64,000 bases of DNA from Amphiscolops sp. MND2022 (Eukaryota). The stretch covers positions 65,348,001 to 65,412,000 of the forward strand of contig OZ076415.1 in NCBI GenBank assembly GCA_964187785.1, read 5' to 3'. The position numbers and the translations under genes were made by a program. The notes beneath the pieces were generated by a model. That model had not been told where the DNA came from, did not search any database, and saw nothing but the letters and a program-made list of their open reading frames with translations. Positions 1 to 10,821 of this stretch are shown here, piece by piece; the first letter of the stretch is position 1; each line of letters opens with the position of its first letter.

Positions 1-244
1 GCTCAATACCTACATGCAACAAAATTACAAGTTGCAAACCTCTCCGAACAACTTGAGCATGAAAAGAACCTAGGAAGACAACAGGACAGAAGTATTCAGT
101 AACTCCAAATTGTCGTTCAAACCTTCACACCATTAATCAAAAAAGGAAACAAGTATATCTACTGTTGAACAACCTGTAAATACTCCCCTTCTTACCTTTT
201 CAGCTGAACCGGAATCAACAGGCACACAAAGACGACTTGCTGAA

Positions 245-817
245 TTGAAGCCACTCAAACGCCTAACAATGGATCTTCATGATCGTATTCACAGCATTGA
301 TTGCGGAAGAGACAAAAAGCTAATCTGGAGAATTAGCTCCTTCAGCGTTACGTTCGAAAACGCAAAGGCTGCTGAACTAGAAAGGCAAAAAGGCGTCGAC
401 CCTCACCCGAAAAAACCGTGTAATTTTCACAGCCCTTCGTTCTACACATCAAATCACGGCTACCGTTTCGATATGAAAATACATCCCTACGGATGCCCTC
501 CTGCTACTGGAGAAAGCCCTTCATTAGTTATCAACATTCTTCCTGGTGAATTCGACCCAATTCTTTCTTGGCCTTTCAATCTGATTTTCCGAATCAATGT
601 AATTAATTTGAGCGAACCTGGTGACACCTGGACAAAAAAGATAACCCCAAAAGACAATCCAAACTCAGCCTGTTTTATAGGACCCAGCAAATGTTATGGT
701 AACCCGAGCATATGTTTCCCCTTTCTGATCCCACACAGCCAACTCTTCAAAAGCAACTCCCCATTCAGTCTGAATGATACAATGTTCATCCAAGTCAATC
801 TGGAACAATCAAAATGA
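245..817 (+). CDS. TRAF-C/MATH domain protein (3' part; upstream coiled-coil-like part appears frameshifted or spliced)
   Basis: Contains TRAF-family motifs LIWRISSF, FHSPSFYTS..GYRF, SWPF and terminal NDTMFIQVNL. The frame is open upstream only to position 137; frame +1 at 1-99 reads as a coiled-coil-like peptide. Confidence 0.8.
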   Translation: MKPLKRLTMDLHDRIHSIDCGRDKKLIWRISSFSVTFENAKAAELERQKGVDPHPKKPCNFHSPSFYTSNHGYRFDMKIHPYGCPPATGESPSLVINILPGEFDPILSWPFNLIFRINVINLSEPGDTWTKKITPKDNPNSACFIGPSKCYGNPSICFPFLIPHSQLFKSNSPFSLNDTMFIQVNLEQSK

Positions 818-1093
818 TTGTCAACAACCTGTGTACCACCGTTACAATTTCTTCAATCTTGAAACCCGGGTGAGATAACGTGCGCGACATATGGCAAATA
901 AAAAGAAAACAAACTAGCTGAGAAAAACTGAAAAAGTATCTTGTATATGTTTATTATAAACTCCATGTGAAATGAATTTTGCAACAAGCGCAGTTCTATT
1001 TTATGTTGTTTTTTCTCTCCTGTATCTCTGAATTCTTTACACGCTCGAACGTGTCCACGCGTTTGCTCTGCGATGCTATATTCTTTATTCAGT

Positions 1094-1254
1094 CATGACG
1101 TCATGTTGTCGTGGACGCTACGCCTGCGACTAACACATATAAAGCGTTTTCGCTGTACGATCTAATGACTTGTCATATTGCGTCATGCTCGTCAGCCAAT
1201 CACGATTGTGGTTGAATTATTTTGGCTGACGAAGCGGTCAAATTTAGTATAAAA
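1094..1254 (+). promoter_or_regulatory. Candidate Pol II promoter: CRE palindrome, CCAAT box, TATA box
   Basis: CATGACGTCATG at 1094-1105; AGCCAATCA at 1194-1202, overlapping the left arm of a 9-bp inverted repeat (1191-1199/1222-1230); TATAAAA at 1248-1254. Confidence 0.4.
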
Positions 1255-3110
1255 GCAGACCAAACTTTCAACTCTCAGAGCTCTTCCTTTGGCGAAATAC
1301 AAAATTGATAAATCATTCATCTTCAACTCCACAATCTTCATTCACTGGTTCAATCTCCGTCATCAGTGCGGCGCAGTATTTGTTAGTTAAGCCTTTTTCT
1401 ATTTTTTTGGAACTTTCTTTTTCTAAGACCTTTCCTTTAACTTAATTTTTCTCAGTTTTCGCCTTGAAAAATATTTTCGCTCGACTCTGCTTTCACACTA
1501 AAGCAAATCTTAAGCTGTTTCCAATTCTGCTTTCAAGCAAAAGCAATTCAAGTCTTAGACTATTATCAACTCTGCTTTCAAGCTAAAGCAAATCTTACAC
1601 TATTTTCATTTCTGCTTTCATGTAAAAACAATTCAAGTCAGACTAATTTCAACTCTGCTTTCAAGCTAGAGCAAATCTTGACTATTTGACTTTTGCTTCA
1701 AATAGACGCTATCATACCGTCTTTGTTTAACAAAAGTTTGAAGTCTTTGCTGTAGAGTGGACTCCAAACAAAAGTCTGGTGATACTCACTGACTCTAAAC
1801 TAAGAATCACAGCTTCAGCTGGGTTGTGAGATACTCAAATAACATAGCTTTCTTCGACTCTTCAAGTCGAACAGTTCTCAACTTGAGACAAAGAGTAACC
1901 GTATAGCACTCCGTAAAACCAGTACAACAAACTGTTGTCCTTTAACCAAAAAGTAGCGATTCGCTATCTTTTCCAGTCCGTGACAATCGGTGAACTATAA
2001 ACACCGTGCTAGCGAATAGCTTGACCTCTTGATTTGGTGAAACACAAAAATAACTTAATCCGTTTTGCTAGTTCGTTGCGGCATATGTATGGTAATGAGT
2101 ATAAAAGCAGACCAAATTTTCAACTCTCAGAGCTCTTCCTTTGGCGAAATACAAAATTGATAAATCATTCATCTTCAACTCCACAATCTTCATTCACTGG
2201 TTCAATCTCCGTCATCAGTGCGGCGCAACATTCGCTAGTTAAACTTTTTCAGTTTTCTTTTGGAGCTTTCATTTTTCCAAGATCTTTTCTCAACTTTAAC
2301 TTATTTTGTCTTGGTGCTTTTTGTCTTTCATTTTTCTAAGTCTTTTTCTTAACTTAAACTTTAATCAGAAATCTTAAATCACTACAAGTTTTGGCTAAAT
2401 TTTATCTTAGACGATTTTCAACCTGCTTTCAAAGTAAAGCAATTTTATCTTAGATTATTTGTCAAGTCTGCTTTTTTGTTAAAGCAAGTTTATCTTAGAC
2501 GATTTTCAACATGTTTTCAAGTAAAGCAATTTTATCTTAGAATATTTCTCGAGCCAAAACAAATAAGGTCTCAAGATTTTCAACTCTGCTTTCATATTGA
2601 AGCAGCTAAAGTCTTGAACTATCTTCAACTCTGCCTTCAAGTAAAGGCAAGCTAAGTCTTAGATTATTTTCAATTTAAAACAAAAAAATCTGCTTTCATC
2701 GTTAAAGCAACTCTTCTCTTAATCAGAGTTTCAAATAACTATTGCTTTGAGCCAAAGCTATCATACCGTCTTTGCTTTGCGAAGATTTGAATAGTCTCTG
2801 CTTTATAGTAGACTCTAAACCAAAGTCTGATAGATAAACTGACTTTAAACCAAACCCACAGCTTCAGCTGGGTTATAGGTGACTTAATTAGCTAAGCTTT
2901 GTTTGTCTCTTCAAGTCGAACTGTTCTACCTTGAGACAAAGAGTAGCTGTATAGCACTCTAAAAAACCGGTACAACAATCTGTTTTTCTTTTGTCAAGAG
3001 AAGCAAGCAGCCAGCTCTCTTTTCAGTCTGTGACCATCAGTGGACTATAAACACCTTGCAAGCTATCGTTGCATCTTAACCGCTTGATCTGGTAAAACAA
3101 AAAACAACTC
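1246..3110 (+). repeat. Two diverged tandem copies of a non-coding unit (1246-2056 and 2098-3110), each starting at a TATA box
   Basis: The first ~130 nt are nearly identical (1246-1375 vs 2098-2227). The remainder is colinear but diverged, with internal ~40-bp sub-repeats of the AACTCTGCTTTCAAG..AAAGCAA type. Confidence 0.85.
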
Positions 3111-4210
3111 AATAACTCACTTTCTTCCTTACAACTTAACTCGTATTATTCAAAGATAGATCTTGAGTTTGATTTAAATATCTTCTTTTTATTCATGCGG
3201 ATTTGTGCACTTTGCTTTTGTATGAGTGACATTTATTACAACTTTAATATAAATAAAGAAAGGTTCAATTTACATATTTCTGGACCAAAACATACTTTTC
3301 TCCCGGGCCGCAGAAATAAAGTCCTTCCATTCGAACTCACACGTGAGACGACCTTTGTTGAAGTGTAGGAAGGCACAGTCGCAAAAATTTTAAGTACGAG
3401 ACTACTTTGAGATTTCAAGTTATAAAAAAGAAGAAAAGTGAACTAAGAGTTCACGAATTAGACCATAATTGAGACTTATAATTATTCTTGATCGACCTCG
3501 CATAATTACCGCATAAAGTAAATCGAAAGTAAATTGAGACTTATATTTCTTTTCTTGATTAAACTCATACATAAAAATCACCAGCGCATAGCGCATGCAT
3601 CAAAATCTTAATAAATAAACCAGTAGAGCACTTCACAAAACGTTGGGAAGGCTCTCAAACCACTGGCCACTATTGATAATGAATCTGACACGTTATCAAT
3701 TGCTGGAAACTATCCGTTCACAACAGAACTTGAACGAAGTCCAAAGCCCTTAACAGAAGTTCTATCAGAAAGCTCTCTTCCTCTAACTGTCATTGAAACA
3801 AGCGTCTCAAAAAGCCCAAATACTTCCAGCTTAAAGAATTTCGAGTCGCAGTTGGTTGTAACGAACACTCATTCCGACAAAATTGTTGATCCAGTTGACA
3901 ATCCATCAAGTATCAATAGAACTTCCGGCAGAAGTTTGTGGGTGTGTGGATTCTGCTTCCTGGCAGAGTTTCAAGATAGTGAAAAAACTGGACTATTCCA
4001 ATTCTGTGAGAAATTGAAGAAAACAAACAAACTGTCTTCTAAACACTGAAAACAACATTGGGCAGAGAAATCACACTGAGTTGACGTTGACAAACTTGAG
4101 GTTGAAGTTTCAAAGTTGAGTCGTTAAAAAGCAACTGCTTGTAGAACTGTGGCATCATTTCTCAGTAAAAACCAGGGCTGCCAAAGGACAGGAGAACGCA
4201 AACTCGAGTT

Positions 4211-4943
4211 GTGTCATTTCTCGAACTTGAAACATGGTCAATAGAATTCACAACTGATCTTATACTTTTTGCCGACAGCACTTTGATTGATCGAAGGGGA
4301 TTTTTACAAGAACCGAGCCTTGAAAATTGCTTTCCCCAAGTAGGAAGGGAACTCATTGTCACTTTCAAGACTTCCTTGAAGATTGGCGCCGACAATACAG
4401 TCAGGAAACTAGCCGACCAATATCTAGATTGTGCAAGCATTCACAAAATGAACACTTTCGGAAATCTACGAAGTCAATGTGCAACTGAGCTAGACACGTT
4501 AGCAGATTGTGACTTTATCAACGATGTCAACCTCTTTGTCTGTCGTAAACTGAACGAAGTTCTAAAAAAAGAGAAATCAGTCAACGTTCTCACTGGAAGA
4601 AATCATAACCATTATCAAACAAAATGGCGAAAGAATTGGAAGTTTCGACTACAACACAAACTACACAAAGAAACTGTCATTCATGAAAATTCAACAGTAC
4701 AGACATCTCCAATCGGAAGTCAGTCCTCAGATCTCGACTGAAAACAAATATAATTGGAACGTTTACACAGTGAAAGGAAGAAAGCGGGAACTCGGTTTGT
4801 ATTCGATACAATTAAAGAGTAACCTTTACAATGATTTTCTTGAGTACAGAAAAAGTAAAATCCAAGCAATAGATGCATTGCCTCAATATACAGGGAACCG
4901 AAGAAAACAGATAGATGAAACGGGACGAACACGAGTTTTTTAG
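4211..4943 (+). pseudogene. Fragmented ORFs of unknown function, possibly the N-terminal part of the downstream recombinase gene
   Basis: Overlapping ORFs 4211-4741 and 4683-4943 on the same strand as the recombinase; no motif recognised. Confidence 0.3.
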
Positions 4944-5154
4944 TGACACAAGCAATTCAATAACAGTAATGACAAACTTCATTCGGTACTAGAAGCAGAA
5001 ACAGAAGACGCTTGGCTGCCTTTTTATCTAAAAAATTCAGAAAATTCACCACGCTTACTATCTAGCCTTGCGTAGTTGTGGATTGGCATCCAAGACAATG
5101 ATTAAACATGTCAGCACTATTGAGGAGTTCATGAATTTCTTATGACTCCAAGTT

Positions 5155-6135
5155 TTGGTTATCAAAGATGAAGAGGGACGAAGATATGAGAAAAAAAGAT
5201 CAACTATTCAATTAAAACATCAAGTATATCGCTACAAAACTGCAAGAAACTGGCCACTTGAAAAAGTGCGAAGTTTTGAGAATCAATACCCAAAAGAAAT
5301 TGTTTCTCAATGGTCTCAACTCATGAATCTGTTTTCTCAACTTCAGTTCGGCAACGGGGAGTTCATTGGGGTGGATAAGATTTTTTAAAAAAAAGAAAAA
5401 CCAACAATTGGAGACGCTCTTAATTTTCAAACTTTTTGGATTGCATATTGTCTGTGTATTAGACCCCACAGACGAGGCATTTTGTCCGTCTTTACAGATT
5501 TCCATTATAAAAGGGCGCTCCAAACAAACGGATTTTGCTTTGTTCCGATAACCGACAACAAAAACTTGCCAAAAGGAAAGTGTGAATACCTTTTTATTAA
5601 AAAAATGAAAGTCTATTTTGATCACTTCCACACTAAACTAAAGAATCTACTCTGCAATTATAGATACTGCCAAAATGGCCAAAATGCCTTCACATGGCCC
5701 AAAGACAAAGAAAAAACAACAGAAGAGTTTTTTTAAAGTGGTGATGACGTTCTGGGGCAGCAATCAGGGGCTGAAAACAGATTGCTAAGTACAAAAAATC
5801 TGCAAAGTCTCGTAAGTACTTTGTTCTTTGTAAATTCGCAAGGGAACGCCATTTTAAATGGCAGTGAATTCCTCAAAAGGGGTGTTTCAAAATTGTTCGG
5901 CAGCAACACAAAACTGTTCACATCCACTGATGTCCGTGAAGTGTACTAAAGTATGGCTGAACGACTAAAACAAGAAAAGTATTTGTCAATAAAAGATTTG
6001 AAGACTTACAAGGACGCACTTCATCACTCAACAGGAATAGCTGAGATATATGAATCCCGGTCAAAAACTACATCGACTGATAAAAACTGTTGGAAAATTC
6101 ACGGACAGCACGCGAAAAATGGAACAACAAATTGA
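5155..6135 (+). pseudogene. Tyrosine recombinase pseudogene 1 (Crypton-like)
   Basis: Frame +1 is continuous apart from three TAA stops (5386, 5734, 5947). YR motifs occur in order: IRPHRRGIL (R, 5461), VPITDNKN (K region), LFFVNSQG, FTSTDVR and LHHSTGIAEIY (Tyr at 6049-6051). Confidence 0.65.
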
Positions 6136-6345
6136 CGACGAAGCTGAGTGCTTGCTCATAGAATCGTTACCGGAAAAAATAAACACCGAAACAGAACATC
6201 CAGAAGCGAGGAAAAACTAGTGAAATCAATCAAATAATGGAGAAGAGACGGTCTGGGCGAAGTGAGAAGGCTTCCACAACTGACGACTCGACAAGTGAAA
6301 CATCTAGCCTGATAACTCAAGAGGAGAAAAACGATGACATAGAAA

Positions 6346-6997
6346 ATGATCAAGTTCATTGAAAAAAACCTTGCAGAAAACAAAATTATGGAGCCAATTT
6401 TAGAGCAAAGATTCGAAAAGTACTCTACGAGCAGTCATGCGATGAAGCTCAAAACGAAATGGAGCACGAAATGTAATGCGGAGACTCTTTTTCAGCCGCT
6501 TGAAAAACCGAAGCTTCCAATGTTCGAAGAGATGTTAAGCGAAAACGAGAAAAGCAATGATTATACATACAACTCTATCCGTGGCAGATTATTTCGAAGA
6601 TTCAAGAATTCACGTTCCGCTGATCTGACGCGAAAAAAAGCAGATCAACATTCTCTGTTGATTTTGGAAGGGGCAAAACGATGCCGTAGTGAAAAAACGA
6701 GTGATTGGTCAACCAAGAATCGATACTCTGTTGAAAATTGAAGCACACACTACTTTTCAAGCAAAAATGGTGAAATGTTTTTGGAACATAACCTCATTAA
6801 CAGTAGACAAAGATTCATCCGAACAAAGAGATTTATCCGAATTGGGAAACGAGTTTGATTCATTCGAAATGGCCGACTTGCCTTTCTCAATAGATGACGT
6901 CGATGTGAACGAAATGAATTTAAATGCTTCTAACAGCACATCAATTCAAGAGCAGCCTAGTGCAACCAGAGCATTCCATGATTCCTCGAAAAGGTGA
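6346..6997 (+). pseudogene. Degenerate ORF fragments, possibly the C-terminal tail of recombinase gene 1
   Basis: Overlapping ORFs 6346-6741 and 6689-6997, charged and low-complexity; no firm motif. Confidence 0.25.
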
Positions 6998-7356
6998 ATT
7001 TCGAAATTCACACTCTATTGCTACAGCCAATCCTTTAAATGACAATGGTGAATAAAGCGAAAGATGCCCATTTTGTGATTCTGAAACGAAGGTTTTTGTT
7101 AAAACCACGTAGTATCTTTAGAACTTAGTGTAGAATATAATGACAAATTAGCTTTGACTTTTCAGTCTAAATATCGATTTATATATTGCTTGAAACAAAT
7201 GATCATGAATTAAGATTTTCCATTGCATAGGATGTTTATACTCCATAATTTGAAAGTGCACCTTGCACCATGAGAAGGAAAAATGAATAAGTTGGGCATC
7301 TTTCGTAATTATCAGATTCTGTCACTGCATTACCAAGTGCACCCGTTGATCGCTGC

Positions 7357-7628
7357 ATGGATTCCGATGATGCCTCCGAAGGAGAAAGTTCAGAAGCAGG
7401 TTTAGATGTCAAGAGCCGCAATCGTTCACGTCGTGAGGACTTGGAACAATGCATTTTGTGTTTCCAAACTGTTGCGAAAATGCGAGACCACATCACAAAC
7501 AAGCACAAGCTGAATGATCGTCCGATACTCAAGAAATTTTTGTCTTATTTTTCTACACTTTCAACAAAGAAGTGTTTCCAATGTATCCAATGCAAAAAAG
7601 AATGGGTTTTCGATACGGGCACCCTGAG
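7357..7628 (+). CDS. C2H2 zinc-finger exon, probable 5' part of the recombinase gene interrupted by the LTR element
   Basis: CILCFQTVAKMRDHITNKH (C-x2-C-x9-H-x4-H); ends at a GAG|GTATTG donor-like site at 7628/7629. Confidence 0.5.
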
Positions 7629-7642
7629 GTATTGCTGACCAT

Positions 7643-9222
7643 TGTCGCACGCATGGGTAAAATTTGTTTATTAGTTTTAATCTGTCAAGTCCTTGTTTGC
7701 ATTTTACAAGGTACTATCTCGCGACGGTTCTGTTATTGATTTAACAAGTATAAGTCCCAACAAATAAATTTGCAACTTACTAATAAAGGGGGTGCCTTGC
7801 GCTTACGTGCGGACAAAAGAAATTGCGTGAGTCGTGCAAGGCAGTGGTTGTAAATGAGCTTCCTGTTTACTGAAAATGTATGGTGAATAAATATGTTTAA
7901 TTACGAATGAGTTGAGAATATTGAAAGTGGACAATTTCTGGACATAGCCATATCTCTTGCAATTGTTACAAATCTCAGATTAATAAAGATTACAACTTCA
8001 TTTTACAAGAAGAAGTAATATAACTTTTACAATTTATCATTTAAGAAAATGAAACTATTTACAAATAATGAGAATTTCCCTTTTTCTTCGGAAATCTTTT
8101 TCTCAAACAAAATTTACAAATCCGTACTATTTTAAACGGAAGAGTTTTGATTTAGATGTCTCTATTCAGTAGAAAGTTGAATAGCATTAAGACTTTTTCA
8201 TAATATAGCACTTTAAAATTTCAATCATCCCTTTTCTTATGTGAGTTTAAGTAACGTCAACCTTATAGAACTATTTAGTTCTAGTGAAAATAATCAAAGT
8301 TAAAGTTTTGTCAACCGCAGAATTGAAATCAGCGGAAAATAGCTAAATTTGAAGTTTTGTCAACCGCAGAATTGATATCGGCGGAAAATAGTTAAAGTCA
8401 AAGTTTTGTCAACCGCAGAATTGAAATCAGCGGAAAATAGCTAAAGTTGAAGTTTCAGAGAGAGTGAAATCTCTACTGAAAGGTCTAAATAGTCAGACTC
8501 ACCAAACCGGAGACGAAATTGAAGAGAAATTTCTAAGTTAGAAATTTCTTGTAAGGGAAGATTGGTTCTGGAAGTTGAAGTTAAATCAAGGATGAGTGGA
8601 GAAATTTTCTAAGATGCAAGGGTAGGATTAAAAGAGAATCATTGGATCTGAGTTATAAAGCAAGAAGTTTTGTTGAGTTAAATAGGAATCTGAATTGAAA
8701 TGTGAAGGCGAGAAATAGACTTTCTAAGTCTGAAGGGGAAGATAATAGTAAAGGGAGAGGAAAGGGGGTAAAGTAAGAAAGAAGTGCAGGGGTGAGGGGA
8801 GAGAAGTGGAAGAGAAGTGAAGAGAAACGAGAGCTTTTAAGTTTAAGCTCTGTCCGTTTCAATAAGTGTATGAATCTCCTCGCCTGCGTTGGCCGTATAT
8901 ATACAGCCAAGCATTTCTTATCGTGCGCTGCGTAGCAGGCATGGCTTATCTTTCACCAATCATAGTTGGTTTCATATTTCAAATATACGCGGTATAATAT
9001 AGAATTCTTCACTTGTGCAATTCCTTTCTCGTCACAGTACTTCATCATCATTATTACCATCGTTATGGCCGCCGCCTTATGGCCGCCATCTTCATCTACA
9101 ACTTTCTCCCCCATAAACAAACGTTAGTTCTAGTTCATGTTTGTTTCTTTATTTGTTAATTAAATATAAACTGCACTTTAGCACCTAATTATGTTTGTTA
9201 AAGCGTTAGTCATAACGCGACA
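7643..9222 (-). repeat. 3' LTR (1580 bp)
   Basis: Direct repeat of 23951-25530 with three substitutions spotted by eye; TG...CA termini. Confidence 0.97.
8303..8449. repeat. Three tandem 49-bp repeats inside the LTR (also 24611-24757)
   Basis: AAGTTTTGTCAACCGCAGAATTGA... starts at 8303, 8352 and 8401; each unit has a CCGC...GCGG inverted pair. Confidence 0.9.
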
Positions 9223-9234
9223 GCTCACCCCCCC
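9223..9234 (-). promoter_or_regulatory. Polypurine tract
   Basis: Minus strand GGGGGGGTGAGC immediately precedes the 3' LTR. Confidence 0.75.
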
Positions 9235-9259
9235 GGCAGGATGAAAGAAAATAAATGAG

Positions 9260-10197
9260 TTATGGGTCAGACTGAAAGAAGGGGGAGTTATGTAGCGCGA
9301 GTGACTGAGGGGAAGGTTCCTTAAATTTGATTCTAAATATTATAGAGTCATTGTTTAGGAATGCTTCTCTGAAGTTGCAAGTAACTTCGTATGAGGGATG
9401 AAGTCTTCTTTGAGGAGGTTCGGGTGCGTGTAGAGATTGTGAAGGGTATCTTCGTGGTTGTGGGGGTTGATTGGGAAAAGTGTGGACCACTTGTTGCCTT
9501 CGTCCTTCTGATCAAGTATTTCGACTTCTACTGTTTTATCAAAGGGCCATGTTTGTGGGTGAGTGAAGTCGCTATAATGAAGTTCACAGCTAATAGAAGA
9601 GTGGGTCCCACGGAAGATGTTTATCCCGTAAGGGAATATTCTGAAGGAAATTTTGCAGCCTGATAGGTATGTTGGGTAAATAGGGCTCGCGAAGCTGTTT
9701 TTGATGTTGTGAAAGGGATCGTCTGGAGAGGTCCTTGCTTTTCGGTAAAGTGTGGAGAAGGCGGAAACTTGCCAAGTGATAAAATCTTTACCGTTCGCTT
9801 CAATCTGGCTCGCTCTGCTAAGGAGGGAGCTTTGGTGTTTGATTGTCGCTCGCAAATCGAAGATAGTGACTTCCAATTGTTGACGTTTATCTCGTGCCTC
9901 TTCGATTGAGGTACATAGCAGTTTGATTCGGTTTTCTAACTTCTTTTGGGGTTGATTAATGTCCGTTAAAGGGAAGGACTTTCGAAGCGGTGTGCTTTTT
10001 GTTCCCTGGTTATAGGTACTAGTTGATTTCTCCCATTCACTAATCCACATATTTAGTCTTTCCACTCCTTCGAGGTTTGCATGTTCTTCTTGATCGTTTT
10101 CTTCAGGCATAGGTGGCCAGTCGGGGTTAGGGATCGGTAGGTAGGGTTTGTGTTTTGGGATGAAGGGGGTGGCATTTGGGTTTAATTTTTGGCTCAT
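9260..10197 (-). CDS. Accessory protein: PAM2 motif + coiled coil + TRAF-C/MATH domain (one frameshift near 9370-9390)
   Basis: N-terminus QKLNPNATPFIP. TRAF motifs ITWQVSAF, FASPIYPT, IFPYG and TWPF lie in ORF 9355-10197. The last TRAF strand FLNNDSIIFRIKF lies in the overlapping frame 9260-9490. Confidence 0.8.
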
Positions 10198-10775
10198 TGT
10201 GCAGATATGGATCTTAAGGGAACTGTCAGCCGCTGTCCCTTCAGTGCAGGGTTCTCAATAGTGTATTCTTGTCTTTTGTTGTCCCAAAAGACGATTTTCC
10301 AGGTTGAAAACTGTGGGAGTAGAGAATACTTTAGGTTTGCGTTAAACCTAGGTTTTTTAACGTATCTGGCTTTTCTAGTGAAGTATTCCCTTTTATGTTG
10401 CTTATGTAAGGGTGCTTCATCGGCTATCTCGTTGTTCCATTCATGATAGTGTTTTTGTGGTGTGGTTCTTCTGATGTCCTTTCCACCAAATCTAGGAGGA
10501 TGTTGTGTTGACGGGATTGGTGGTATGTCTCCTGTGAATGACAAAGGAAAGGGGAGTTGGTCGGATGGCGTTGGTGTGAAGGTTGGAGTTGGAGATTTTG
10601 AGGGTGATGATGGGACCGTTGAGTCAGGGGGGTCGGGAAGGAAGGTAATTGTTGTAGACGAGTCTGGTGTCAAAAAGTCTGAAGGAGATAGGGGTTCGAT
10701 TTCTAGGTCACTTTCTGGGATAGGATCCAGGGTATCGTCGTCCAGGCTTGGTAGGTCGAATAGTGGTTCTAGATT
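10194..10775 (-). CDS. Accessory protein exon (acidic/Pro-rich N-terminus, basic C-terminus), probably spliced
   Basis: The frame is open from 10775, directly after a TTAGTTTACTTTTAG acceptor-like site, with no ATG. The stop overlaps the next ATG (ATGA at 10197-10194). Confidence 0.6.
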   Translation of the reverse strand, partial: NLEPLFDLPSLDDDTLDPIPESDLEIEPLSPSDFLTPDSSTTITFLPDPPDSTVPSSPSKSPTPTFTPTPSDQLPFPLSFTGDIPPIPSTQHPPRFGGKDIRRTTPQKHYHEWNNEIADEAPLHKQHKREYFTRKARYVKKPRFNANLKYSLLPQFSTWKIVFWDNKRQEYTIENPALKGQRLTVPLRSISAQ

Positions 10776-10821
10776 CTAAAAGTAAACTAATGAATGAATG
10801 AACTTGAAAATGTTTTTGGCT

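Noticed and set aside
5386-5949. Alternative genetic code suggested by three in-frame TAA codons
   Set aside because: TAA terminates intact genes elsewhere in the window (gag, penton, pPolB), so these are nonsense mutations.
8653-8910. 85-aa ORF in both LTRs (also 24961-25218)
   Set aside because: It arises from a pyrimidine-rich tract, has low-complexity composition and is duplicated only because the LTR is.
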